The notes below the pieces were generated by a model. The model was not told where the DNA came from, made no database searches, and saw only the letters and a program-made list of their open reading frames with translations. This document shows, piece after piece, positions 1 through 8,084 of a stretch of DNA of 64,000 bases. The stretch's first letter is position 1, and each line of letters opens with the position of its first letter. This DNA comes from Verrucomicrobiota bacterium (GTDB lineage Bacteria; Verrucomicrobiota; Verrucomicrobiia; Chthoniobacterales; Chthoniobacteraceae), in NCBI GenBank assembly GCA_026398235.1, contig JAPLTE010000040.1, forward strand, positions 578 through 64,577. The letters are read 5' to 3'. Made by a program: the position numbers and the translations under genes.

Positions 1-1501
1 GCATGCGGAACGCCAAGGCTTTGGCTTGGCGCAGGGTGGCCGTTCGGCGGGCGATCCCATCCCCGAGCCTGGCGCGCCGCCAGTGCCAGCCGCCCAGCGC
101 CAGCAGAGCCGAAAAAGGCAGGAGTTGGAACAGCCAGAAATTGCGCGTGCGCCAGACAGGATCGAATGAGACCCCCCAGGAAGCGGCATCGACGCGGATA
201 TATTGGATCTCATTCGGCTTCGGGGTCGGCATTGCGGTGGGCGCAGCGGATGGAGTTGCGGCGATAGCTGCAGGCGATGGCGTGGGGGTGGCAGCCGGGG
301 CATCCTCCATCAAAAGCGCAATGCGCTCCCCGGTGAGCGTTTCGTATTTTTCGGTGGACGGATTAAAAAACGAAAACAGCACGGCAGGCAGTTCGGTTTT
401 TGCGGTTTCGGGGATCGCCGCGATTTCAAACGTTTTGGTTCCGGAAATACCCGCTTCGTCATCGGCCTGGAATTTTCCGCTGGGCGGGTAAATGTGCCAG
501 CCGGGCTCCTCGGCAATCGCGGGAGCGTTCATGCGGTCGAAGCTGCCAACCCCCTTCACCGCAACGGTGATCGTCACCGGGTCGCCCGCTTTCAAACGCA
601 CCGGCGCGGCTTTGGTTTCCAAGGTGAATTGCCCGACAGCTCCCGAAAAATGAGCGGGTTTGCCTTCTGTGGGAAGCGGCTTGATTTCCATTTCAAGCGG
701 GTCCGGGCGGATCGTTACTTGCTGTTGCGTCTGGAAAAAACCATTGGAAAAGGGGTCGCCGAAGAATTGGTCGATTGGGGACATGCGCGGCATGCGGGGC
801 CGCTTGGAAGGCAGGACTGCCAGCGTATGGATTTCCGCGGAGATGGGCAGTTTTCCCGCTTTCACCGGGGTGATCGCGGTTTTAAAAATAACAAGCGTAT
901 ACTCGCGGCCGTCTTTGTGGATTTGGCGCTGCTGAGGTTTGCTGGTTTTTTGCACTGTGAAGCCGTCTCCTGAAATGGCGGGCAACTGCTCCAACTGACA
1001 CTGGACGCGTGAGTCGACATACAAGCGCAATTCCGCCGGGAGTGCCTCGCCTACGTAAGCCGAAGATTTCGGGAGCACCCACTCTGCATATGCAAATTTG
1101 TTTTCCTGCGCCCCTGCACTGCCCCCACCGGGAGAGCTGGAGACCGTCAATTGAAGCGGCTGGGTCCAAATTTTTTTGCCGCTTACTTCAATGGAAACCG
1201 CAGGAATCGTGAACGTCCCTTCTTTTTGCGCCAGCACGGTGTAGGTGTGCTTCACGCTGCGGCTGACGTCAAAATTGTTCATCTGAATCTGCGTTGATGC
1301 GCCGTTGTATTGGAAATCCAACCCCGGCACGCGCAGTTGGGGAGCAGCCGCTTTCTGGGTGCCCTGAACGGTGATCTCAAGTTCCACCGGCTCGCCCACG
1401 GCGGTCGTGGCGCTGGAAAGCGAGGCCGAAACCGAAGCCTCCTCGGCTCGTGCCGTGGTGTGGCAGACGGAAATCAGCAGGCAGAGGAAAAGAAGTCTCA
1501 C
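1..1501 (-). CDS. batD: BatD-like oxygen-tolerance protein (partial; 3' end beyond window edge)
   Basis: The minus-strand frame is open from the window edge up to 1501. It is absent from the ORF track because no stop lies inside the window. My translation gives signal peptide MRLLFLCLLISVCHTTARA, then ...VGEPVELEITVQG...FTIPAVSIEVSGK...GAVGQFTLETKA...FWLFQLLPF (TM). It sits directly downstream of batA/batB as in Bat operons. Start GTG 1501 is preferred; the alternative ATG 1597 overlaps the batB stop as ATGA. Confidence 0.75.
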   Translation of the reverse strand, partial: MRLLFLCLLISVCHTTARAEEASVSASLSSATTAVGEPVELEITVQGTQKAAAPQLRVPGLDFQYNGASTQIQMNNFDVSRSVKHTYTVLAQKEGTFTIPAVSIEVSGKKIWTQPLQLTVSSSPGGGSAGAQENKFAYAEWVLPKSSAYVGEALPAELRLYVDSRVQCQLEQLPAISGDGFTVQKTSKPQQRQIHKDGREYTLVIFKTAITPVKAGKLPISAEIHTLAVLPSKRPRMPRMSPIDQFFGDPFSNGFFQTQQQVTIRPDPLEMEIKPLPTEGKPAHFSGAVGQFTLETKAAPVRLKAGDPVTITVAVKGVGSFDRMNAPAIAEEPGWHIYPPSGKFQADDEAGISGTKTFEIAAIPETAKTELPAVLFSFFNPSTEKYETLTGERIALLMEDAPAATPTPSPAAIAATPSAAPTAMPTPKPNEIQYIRVDAASWGVSFDPVWRTRNFWLFQLLPFSALLALGGWHWRRARLGDGIARRTATLRQAKALAFRM

Positions 1502-1572
1502 GCAAAGACGCAAAGACGCAAAGGGTTCTGCCGCGGCGGCCCTGTTTTTGCGGCTTTGCGGCTTTGCGTGAG
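1497..1572. repeat. Imperfect 23-bp inverted repeat whose arms are tandem heptamers (CGCAAAG x3)
   Basis: Left arm is CTCACGCAAAGACGCAAAGACGC (1497-1519). The reverse complement of the right arm (1550-1572) is CTCACGCAAAGCCGCAAAGCCGC, with 2 mismatches. The loop is about 30 nt. A T-run (TTTTTT) follows on the + strand. Confidence 0.8.
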
Positions 1573-1596
1573 TTTTTTCTGAGTTTGTGAAATTCA

Positions 1597-3747
1597 TCAC
1601 CAATTTCTTGAGACAGGAGCGGCGCTCCTTTGTTCATGTTTAAACGGCTGGCCGTCTTCCCCTTTCAGGGAATCGAGGAGCGCGCGCGCCTGGCTGGGAG
1701 ACATTTCGCCAGGTTTCACCGGAACTTCGGCCTGTGCGTCTTGTTTCTCATCGGGCTTAGATTCGTTTGCCTTGATCTCGCCGGAAAGTTTTTTCTCATC
1801 GGTGGGGGGCGCTTGGGACTGCTCACCCTTGGATTGCTGATTCTTGGATTGCTGGTCCTTGGATTGCTGGTCCTTGGATTGCTGGTCCCTGGATTGCTGA
1901 TCCTTGGATTGCTGATCCTTGGATTGCTGGTCCTTGGATTGCTGATCCCTGGATTGCTGGTCCTTGGATTGCTGGTCCTTGGATGGCTGGTCCTTGGATT
2001 GCTGGTCCTTGGATTGCTGATCCTTGGATTGCTGATCCTTGGATTGCTGATCCTTGGATTGCTGATCCTTGGATTGCTGATCCTTGGATTGCTGATCCTT
2101 GGATTGCTGATCCTTGGATGGTTGGTCCTTGGATTGTTGGTCCTTGGATGGTTGGTCCTTGGATTGTTGGTCCTTGGATGGCTGATCCTTGGATTGCTGG
2201 TCCTTGTCGTCCTGACTATTATCCGGTTGGTTATCCTTGCTGCTGGGCGGCGGAGTAGGCGTTGGCTTTGGTTTTTCCAATTCTTTTTTAGCTATTGCGA
2301 GATTGAGTTTGGCGTCTTTATTTGAAGTTTCCAACTTGAGCGCTTCCTCAAGATGCTGCGTCGAATTCTTGAGATCCGCCTCGCGCTCCTTCGCTTGTTT
2401 GGACTCATCGCGACTCAGGGCCCGTTTGAGCAAGGTGGTGCCTAGATTCTGCTCCACTTTGGCTCGCAGTTTGGGATCACTCTCCGCAAGCGCCCTTCCG
2501 AAAGCCTCAGCCGCCGCATCGAGATTTCCCAGAGCATAATCAGTGACCCCTTTGTCGAATTCAAGGGCAGGTAAACCGGGCCGACGTTGGAGCGCTGTTT
2601 CATATTGTTGCCGCGCTTCATCGTAGCGGCCCTGCTTGTAAAGCTCCTCGCTGGTTGCCGCGCTTGCCGGATGCGGAATCCCGGTCGCCAGTGCAAAGAC
2701 CCATGCCAGTGCTGTGCCGGTTGGCAGTTTGCGGCGGCGCTCGTTCATCAAAACCGAGACCATGAGCAATGCGATTCCCAAGCCGAGCGGCCATTGATAA
2801 CGTTCGATGGGACGGTGCGACATCCGCGCATCGATCTCTTCCTCCTTCATTCTGCCGAGCCCTTCTGCAACCAGTCGGTGCATGTCGGCGGGGCCGTTTT
2901 GCAGCCGCAAATAAAATCCGCCGGTCGCTTCGGCGATGCCGGTGAGCGCTTTTTCGTCGAGGCGCGATTTTACAAATTGTCCATCCGGCCCTTTTACAAA
3001 CTGCGTGCCGCCGTTCTCGCCGGAAACGGGAATGAGCGAACCGTCTGGCGAGCCAATGCCCACGGTAAAGATGCGCATCGTGCCTGCTGCTTTGCGGGCG
3101 ACCTCAAGCGCATCGGTGCCGAGGTCTTCGCCATCGGTGAAGAGCACCAGGCAGCGGCTCTCGCTTTCCCCTTTGCCGAAAGCCTCCGTTGCCGTGCGAA
3201 TCGCCTCGGCGATGCTCGTGCCCCCGAGCGGAATTATTTCTGTATCCAGTTCGCCAAGCGCGGAAAAAACGGCGCTGTAGTCCACGGTAAGCGGCGCTTG
3301 CAGGAATGCGGAACCGGCGAATGCCACGAGCCCAAGACGGTCGCCTTCGAGGGCGTTGATCAGATCTTGCGCTGCGAATTTCGCGCGTTCCAACCGGTTT
3401 GGCGCGACATCGTTGGCCAGCATGGATCGGGAGGTGTCCACGGCGATCAGCACGTCCCGACCTTTGCGTCGGGCTTCTTCCACCGTGTAGCCATAGCGCG
3501 GCTGGGCCAGCGCAAAGGCAAAACAGGCGAGCGCTCCCAAAGCCAGCACGAAACGCAATCGGCGCTTCACGAGGCTGACGCTGCCCGCCAGAACCGGTTG
3601 CAACCGCGCGGCCACGAGACGTTGCAGCAATTGAACGCGGCGACGCTCTCCCCAGGCGAAAAGGGCGGCGATCAAGGGCAAAACCGCAAGGGCGCAAAAC
3701 CACAACGGAGCGCCCCAGGTGAGGGGATGAGACAGCAAAGCGTTCAC
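1597..3747 (-). CDS. batB: BatB-like von Willebrand factor A protein fused to BatC-like TPR region and a long pentapeptide-repeat tail
   Basis: N-terminal TM segments are followed by a VWA core (DVLIAVDTSRSM...LVLFTDGED). A TPR-like segment (EELYKQGRYDEARQQYETAL...) and a (Q/P)SKDQ repeat array come next. GTG 3747 overlaps the batA stop (GTGA). The track ORF start at 3822 would overlap batA by 79 nt. Confidence 0.85.
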   Translation of the reverse strand: MNALLSHPLTWGAPLWFCALAVLPLIAALFAWGERRRVQLLQRLVAARLQPVLAGSVSLVKRRLRFVLALGALACFAFALAQPRYGYTVEEARRKGRDVLIAVDTSRSMLANDVAPNRLERAKFAAQDLINALEGDRLGLVAFAGSAFLQAPLTVDYSAVFSALGELDTEIIPLGGTSIAEAIRTATEAFGKGESESRCLVLFTDGEDLGTDALEVARKAAGTMRIFTVGIGSPDGSLIPVSGENGGTQFVKGPDGQFVKSRLDEKALTGIAEATGGFYLRLQNGPADMHRLVAEGLGRMKEEEIDARMSHRPIERYQWPLGLGIALLMVSVLMNERRRKLPTGTALAWVFALATGIPHPASAATSEELYKQGRYDEARQQYETALQRRPGLPALEFDKGVTDYALGNLDAAAEAFGRALAESDPKLRAKVEQNLGTTLLKRALSRDESKQAKEREADLKNSTQHLEEALKLETSNKDAKLNLAIAKKELEKPKPTPTPPPSSKDNQPDNSQDDKDQQSKDQPSKDQQSKDQPSKDQQSKDQPSKDQQSKDQQSKDQQSKDQQSKDQQSKDQQSKDQQSKDQQSKDQPSKDQQSKDQQSRDQQSKDQQSKDQQSKDQQSRDQQSKDQQSKDQQSKNQQSKGEQSQAPPTDEKKLSGEIKANESKPDEKQDAQAEVPVKPGEMSPSQARALLDSLKGEDGQPFKHEQRSAAPVSRNW
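1827..2205 (-). repeat. About 25 contiguous copies of a 15-bp unit (CCTTGGATTGCTGRT on + strand) inside batB
   Basis: Directly visible tandem array. It encodes DQQSK/DQPSK pentapeptides in the batB frame. Variants are single-base changes (G/A, C/T). Confidence 0.92.
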
Positions 3748-4769
3748 GGCAGCTTCCTCCAAACGGTTTGTGCAAGCAGCATCTGCACCAAAAGCAGGCC
3801 GGTGCCCGCACCCAGGAACCACGGAAAAAGATCCCGGTACTGACGGTATTGTTTCATTTCAAACGACGATTTTTCCAACGCGTCGATCTGTTTGTAAATC
3901 TGCTCCAGCGAATGCGTGTCGGTCGCGCGGAAGAACTGGCCGTTGCCGATGGCGGCGATCTGTTTGAGGGCTTCAGCGTCGAGTGGCGGCACCTGTTGGT
4001 ACATCATTCGCCCGAATGGATCGCGCTGTCCCGAGGGCATCTGTGCCATCCCATCGCTACCCGCCCCAATCGTGTAAATGCGTGCTCCGATGGCCCGCGC
4101 CGCCTCTGCCGCAGTCGTCGGCGAAATTTTGCCCGCGTTGTTATCGCCGTCCGTCAAAAGAATAATGACGCGGCTCTTGGCGTTTTTGTCGCCCCGAAGC
4201 CGATTTGCCGCTGAGGCAATCGCAGAGCCAATGGCCGTGCCGTCTTCCACCAGGCCGATGCGCACCCGGTCCATGTTTTGCAGCAGCCACGGGTGATCCA
4301 GTGTAAGTGGGCTTACGAGATAAGGCCGTCCGGCAAAGGCCACGATGCCCAGTCGGTCATTGGGGCGCTGCTCGATGAATTGCTCGGTCACCTTTTTAAC
4401 CACGGTGATCCGACTCGCCGGTTGGTTGCCGACCGTGAAATCCTCCGCCTTCATTGATCCCGAAACGTCCAGCAAGAGCATGATATCAATGCCGCTCGCC
4501 TCCACTTGGCTCATTGTTTTCCCCTTTTGCGGGCGGGCCAACGCAAGGAGAAGCAACGCCAGTGCCAGGAAAAGCAGGCCTGAGAGGAAATTCCCCGCGC
4601 GGCTTTGCACCCGCTGGCCCAGGGTGCGTAGGGATTCTGTTGAGGAAAAAATCACCGCGGGCGCGCCACCCCGGTGCCCTCGCAAATACGCCAGCAGCGG
4701 GACGAGGAACAACAGCAGCAAAAGCCACGGATTGGCAAAGGTGATGCCTAAGTCGTCGAAGGGGTTCAC
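3744..4769 (-). CDS. batA: BatA-like VWA domain membrane protein
   Basis: N-terminus FANPWLLLLLFLVPLLAY is typical of BatA. VWA MIDAS-type motif LLLDVSGSM is present, followed by ILLTDGDNN. The gene is start/stop coupled with its neighbours. Confidence 0.87.
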   Translation of the reverse strand: MNPFDDLGITFANPWLLLLLFLVPLLAYLRGHRGGAPAVIFSSTESLRTLGQRVQSRAGNFLSGLLFLALALLLLALARPQKGKTMSQVEASGIDIMLLLDVSGSMKAEDFTVGNQPASRITVVKKVTEQFIEQRPNDRLGIVAFAGRPYLVSPLTLDHPWLLQNMDRVRIGLVEDGTAIGSAIASAANRLRGDKNAKSRVIILLTDGDNNAGKISPTTAAEAARAIGARIYTIGAGSDGMAQMPSGQRDPFGRMMYQQVPPLDAEALKQIAAIGNGQFFRATDTHSLEQIYKQIDALEKSSFEMKQYRQYRDLFPWFLGAGTGLLLVQMLLAQTVWRKLP

Positions 4770-5368
4770 GCGGGCACGCCTCCTTCCACGAACCGCCGGG
4801 CTTGCTCCAGCAAATGTTCGCTCTCTTGCGCGCTGGCCTGGACGCGGGCGAATTTGATCAAGTCGGCCTTTTCTAAAAATGCCGCCAACAGAGCTTTGTC
4901 CGCTTCAGTGAAGCGCGGGGTTGCCGCCGCAGAAGCCAGGAATTCGGGCGAAGTCTGTTGGGTGGCCCGCACGCGGAATTCACGTGATATGAAAAGGCGC
5001 AACACGTTGGAAACCTCAATGCTGAACGGGTAGGGTTCGATCTGCTCGATGCGGCTGCGCAAACCCGCCAACTCCGCCAGCGCCCATTCGCGCGGGGTGG
5101 GAGGCGGCGGTTGTGGCCGGTTTTTGATGTGCCGCACCACAGCCCAAATGATAGCAGTTAGAACGATCGCCGCGCCCACTGCGACGCTCACAACCATCCA
5201 CATCGGATATGGAAATACAGGTATGGGGGGAGCGATGGGAGCGAGTTCTGGCGTTGGCGAGGGGACGGGTTGCCCTTGTTGGGGAAGAACAATTTGGGCG
5301 AGAAGCAAAGAGACGCAGAGAGCACTGCTCCCCGTTTCCGTGTCTCCCTGTCTTCCTGTCCTCTTCAT
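4766..5368 (-). CDS. DUF4381-like single-pass membrane protein of MoxR/Bat operons
   Basis: 200 aa with a Pro-rich N-terminal part, one TM (WMVVSVAVGAAIVLTAIIWAV) and a C-terminal helical domain. The position between the DUF58 and BatA genes is the usual one. ATGA overlap with the DUF58 stop. Confidence 0.6.
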   Translation of the reverse strand: MKRTGRQGDTETGSSALCVSLLLAQIVLPQQGQPVPSPTPELAPIAPPIPVFPYPMWMVVSVAVGAAIVLTAIIWAVVRHIKNRPQPPPPTPREWALAELAGLRSRIEQIEPYPFSIEVSNVLRLFISREFRVRATQQTSPEFLASAAATPRFTEADKALLAAFLEKADLIKFARVQASAQESEHLLEQARRFVEGGVPA

Positions 5369-6246
5369 CGCATCCTCCTTTCGCGGGTGCGGAAAAATTC
5401 CCGCAGCGCCGGAAGATAATCTGCGTCAGTGGTAAGCGCAATGGAGTCGATTCGTTTGCGCCGGAACGCACGTGCCCATTCCTCGCGCTGGCGTTCCACC
5501 AAATGTCCATAGGCGGCCCGCACCGAAGCGTCTCCGGTGTTCACCTCTATCTGCTCGCCGGTTTCGGCGTCTTCAAAAACGACCATGCCGGCATCGGGGA
5601 GGGCGCTCTCGCGCGGATCGAGCACCGGCAGGGCGATGAGATCGTGCCTGCGTGCGGTGATCCCGAGCTCGCGGTCGAAAAGGCGCGTTTGGAAGTCGGA
5701 CAGCAAAAAGACCACCGCCTTGCGCGTGAGCACGCGGTTCAAGTAATGAAGCGCCTGGGCAGGCGCTGTGCACCGCCCGCGTGGTTCGAAAAAGAGAATC
5801 TCCCGAATAAGCCGCAGCGTGTGGATGCGCCCTTTTTTAGGCGGAATAAACAGTTCGACGTGATCGGAAAAAAGCAGCAAGCCGACTTTGTCGTTGTTGC
5901 GGATGGCGCTGAAAGCGATCACGCAGGCGACTTCTGCGGCGAGTTCGCGTTTGGAGAGATTGACGCTTCCAAACGCGCCCGAGGCGCTCACATCCACAAC
6001 CAGCATGACAGTCAGCTCGCGTTCCTCAGTGAACTTTTTTACATACGGATGTCCCAGCCGCGCGGTGACATTCCAGTCGATAGTGCGGACTTCGTCGCCG
6101 GGTTGGTATTCGCGCACCTCCTCGAAATTCATTCCCCGGCCTTTGAACACGCTGCGGTACTGGCCCGCAAAGGCCGCCTCGACCAGCCCTCGGGTCTTGA
6201 GCTCCAGCCGCCGGATTTTGGATAGGATGCGCTTGGCGTCCTGCAT
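5365..6246 (-). CDS. DUF58 domain protein (MoxR-associated, VWA-like)
   Basis: KIRRLELKTRGLV...FKGRGMNFEEVREYQPGDEVRTIDWNVTAR...VDVSASG are typical DUF58 motifs. ATG 6246 (MQDAKRIL) is preferred over the upstream ATG 6324. Confidence 0.85.
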   Translation of the reverse strand: MQDAKRILSKIRRLELKTRGLVEAAFAGQYRSVFKGRGMNFEEVREYQPGDEVRTIDWNVTARLGHPYVKKFTEERELTVMLVVDVSASGAFGSVNLSKRELAAEVACVIAFSAIRNNDKVGLLLFSDHVELFIPPKKGRIHTLRLIREILFFEPRGRCTAPAQALHYLNRVLTRKAVVFLLSDFQTRLFDRELGITARRHDLIALPVLDPRESALPDAGMVVFEDAETGEQIEVNTGDASVRAAYGHLVERQREEWARAFRRKRIDSIALTTDADYLPALREFFRTRERRMR

Positions 6247-6333
6247 GGTGCACTCAGGTGAAAAATGACTCAGGAAATCAGGAAAACTGGATTTGAAAAT
6301 TACCCAGCGCCTCTCCGTTTCCACGTTTTAGGT

Positions 6334-7323
6334 TTACGGCACTGGCAGCCCGGCGAAGATGCGCTCGATGATTTTCTCGCTGGTGACTTCCTCGGCTTCG
6401 GCTTCGTAGCTGACGATGATGCGGTGGCGCAGCACGTCGAGGCCGATGCTCTTCACATCCTGAGGCGTCACATAGCCGCGGCCTTGCAGGAAAGCGCGGG
6501 CGCGGGCGGCGAGGGTGAGGGCGATGGTGGCGCGCGGCGAAGCTCCATAGCGGATCATCCCCTCCAGCGGCAGTTTGTAGCTGGCCGGCTCGCGCGTGGC
6601 GAAAACGACATCAACGATATAATCCTTCACCCGGTCATCGACATAGATTTCGTTCACGACGGAACGGGATTGGACGATGTGACAAGGATCGACCAGCGGC
6701 GTCACGTCGAGCTTGGGTGAGCTGGTGGCCATCAGGTCCAGAATTTGACGCTCCTCGGCCTTGCTCGGATAACCGACACGCAGCTTGAGCATGAAGCGGT
6801 CGAGTTGGGCTTCGGGAAGTTGGTATGTGCCTTCTTGTTCGAGAGGGTTTTGCGTGGCGAGAACCAGGAACGGGTCGGCCAATTTATGGGTTTGCTCCCC
6901 GATGGTCACTTGCCGCTCCTGCATTGCTTCGAGCAGCGCGCTTTGGACCTTGGCCGGGGCGCGATTGATTTCGTCCGCGAGGATCAGGTTCGAGAAGAGC
7001 GGCCCGTGCTTCACGGTGAACTCGCCCGAGCGGGGATTATAAATAAGGGTGCCAATCAAGTCCGCGGGCAACAGGTCCGGCGTGAATTGGATGCGCTGGA
7101 AACCGGTCTGGATCGCGTTGGCGAGGGTTTTGACGGTGAGGGTCTTGGCCAGGCCCGGGACGCCTTCGAGGAGGACGTGCCCGTTGGTGAGCAGGCCTGT
7201 GAGCAGGCCGTCCACCAAATATTTCTGGCCCACCACCACGCGGGCCACTTCCGCTTGCAATGGGGCAATCCACCGGCCCGCGTGCCGGACTTCTGCCGTG
7301 ATTTCTTCAGTCGTTTTCGTCAT
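6334..7323 (-). CDS. moxR: MoxR-family AAA+ ATPase
   Basis: Walker A LLEGVPGLAKT and Walker B ILADEINRA. RFMLKLRVGYP and the C-terminal GASPRATIAL segment are typical of MoxR. Confidence 0.95.
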   Translation of the reverse strand: MTKTTEEITAEVRHAGRWIAPLQAEVARVVVGQKYLVDGLLTGLLTNGHVLLEGVPGLAKTLTVKTLANAIQTGFQRIQFTPDLLPADLIGTLIYNPRSGEFTVKHGPLFSNLILADEINRAPAKVQSALLEAMQERQVTIGEQTHKLADPFLVLATQNPLEQEGTYQLPEAQLDRFMLKLRVGYPSKAEERQILDLMATSSPKLDVTPLVDPCHIVQSRSVVNEIYVDDRVKDYIVDVVFATREPASYKLPLEGMIRYGASPRATIALTLAARARAFLQGRGYVTPQDVKSIGLDVLRHRIIVSYEAEAEEVTSEKIIERIFAGLPVP

Positions 7324-7397
7324 GTGCGTTCAAGGTAATGCCTGCCGCAGGAGTGCGGACACATTTCAGACACCCAGAGCGCCAGGACGTTCAAAAA

Positions 7398-8084
7398 TCA
7401 GGACGGCTCGGTCGCGACAATGTCTTGCAACAGACGGCGCGCTTCGGCAACGGCGGCGGTGCGGCTTTCGACATTCAATTTCCCGAAAATGTGCTCGATG
7501 TGCTTGGCTACCGTGCGCGGGGAGCTCTCTAAAATCGTGGCGATGTCGCTGTTGGATTTGCCTTGGGCGACCCAAACCATCACCTCCGCTTCGCGCTTGG
7601 TCAGCCCCACGGCTTGGAGGCGGGGTTGGGTGAACGGCCCCACGTCCGCTTTGTCCTGCACGGCCTCCAGTGCTCCGCTGAGCTCGGTGATTTTCTGCCG
7701 CGCCTGGTTTTGCATCCGGTGTTGGCAGACGGCAACCGCGATGGCGGATTTCAGTTGCACTGCGCTGAAAGGTTTAACAAGGAAAGCCTGGATATTCAGC
7801 TCCTTGGTGCTTTCCAAAGCTTCGGTATCGGTGCGCCCCGTGCTGATAATAATCGGGACACTCTGTTCTTCGAGGATCTTGCCAGCGGCCACGATGCCGT
7901 TCATTCCGGGCAGATCGATGTCCATGATGACGAGCTTGGGTTTGAGTTCCCGGGCGAGTTTCACTGCCTGCATCCCATCCGAGGCAACAGCCACCACTTT
8001 GTGGCCGAGAGATTTTAACACGGTCGTCAGGTAACGGGCGACGTCAGAGTCGTCCTCTGTCAGGAGAATGGAGAGGTCAGGCAT
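7398..8084 (-). CDS. Response regulator, REC + LuxR/FixJ-type HTH
   Basis: REC domain (ILLTEDDSDV...VIMDIDLPGMNG...LVKPF). C-terminal LTKREAEVMVWVAQGKSNSDIATILESSPRTVAKHIEHIFGKL. Confidence 0.9.
   Translation of the reverse strand: MPDLSILLTEDDSDVARYLTTVLKSLGHKVVAVASDGMQAVKLARELKPKLVIMDIDLPGMNGIVAAGKILEEQSVPIIISTGRTDTEALESTKELNIQAFLVKPFSAVQLKSAIAVAVCQHRMQNQARQKITELSGALEAVQDKADVGPFTQPRLQAVGLTKREAEVMVWVAQGKSNSDIATILESSPRTVAKHIEHIFGKLNVESRTAAVAEARRLLQDIVATEPS

Noticed and set aside
1827-2205. Regular short repeat array that could superficially be mistaken for a CRISPR array
   Set aside because: The units are 15 bp and directly contiguous with no spacers. The array lies inside a long open reading frame and is read as a pentapeptide repeat. 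No cas genes are in the window.
1630-2325. Track ORFs 1630-2325 (+) and 1983-2258 (+) with striking LLVLGLLILG / DPWIADPWIA repeats
   Set aside because: They are the antisense and out-of-frame readings of the batB 15-bp repeat. They have no start context and lie fully inside a well-supported minus-strand gene.
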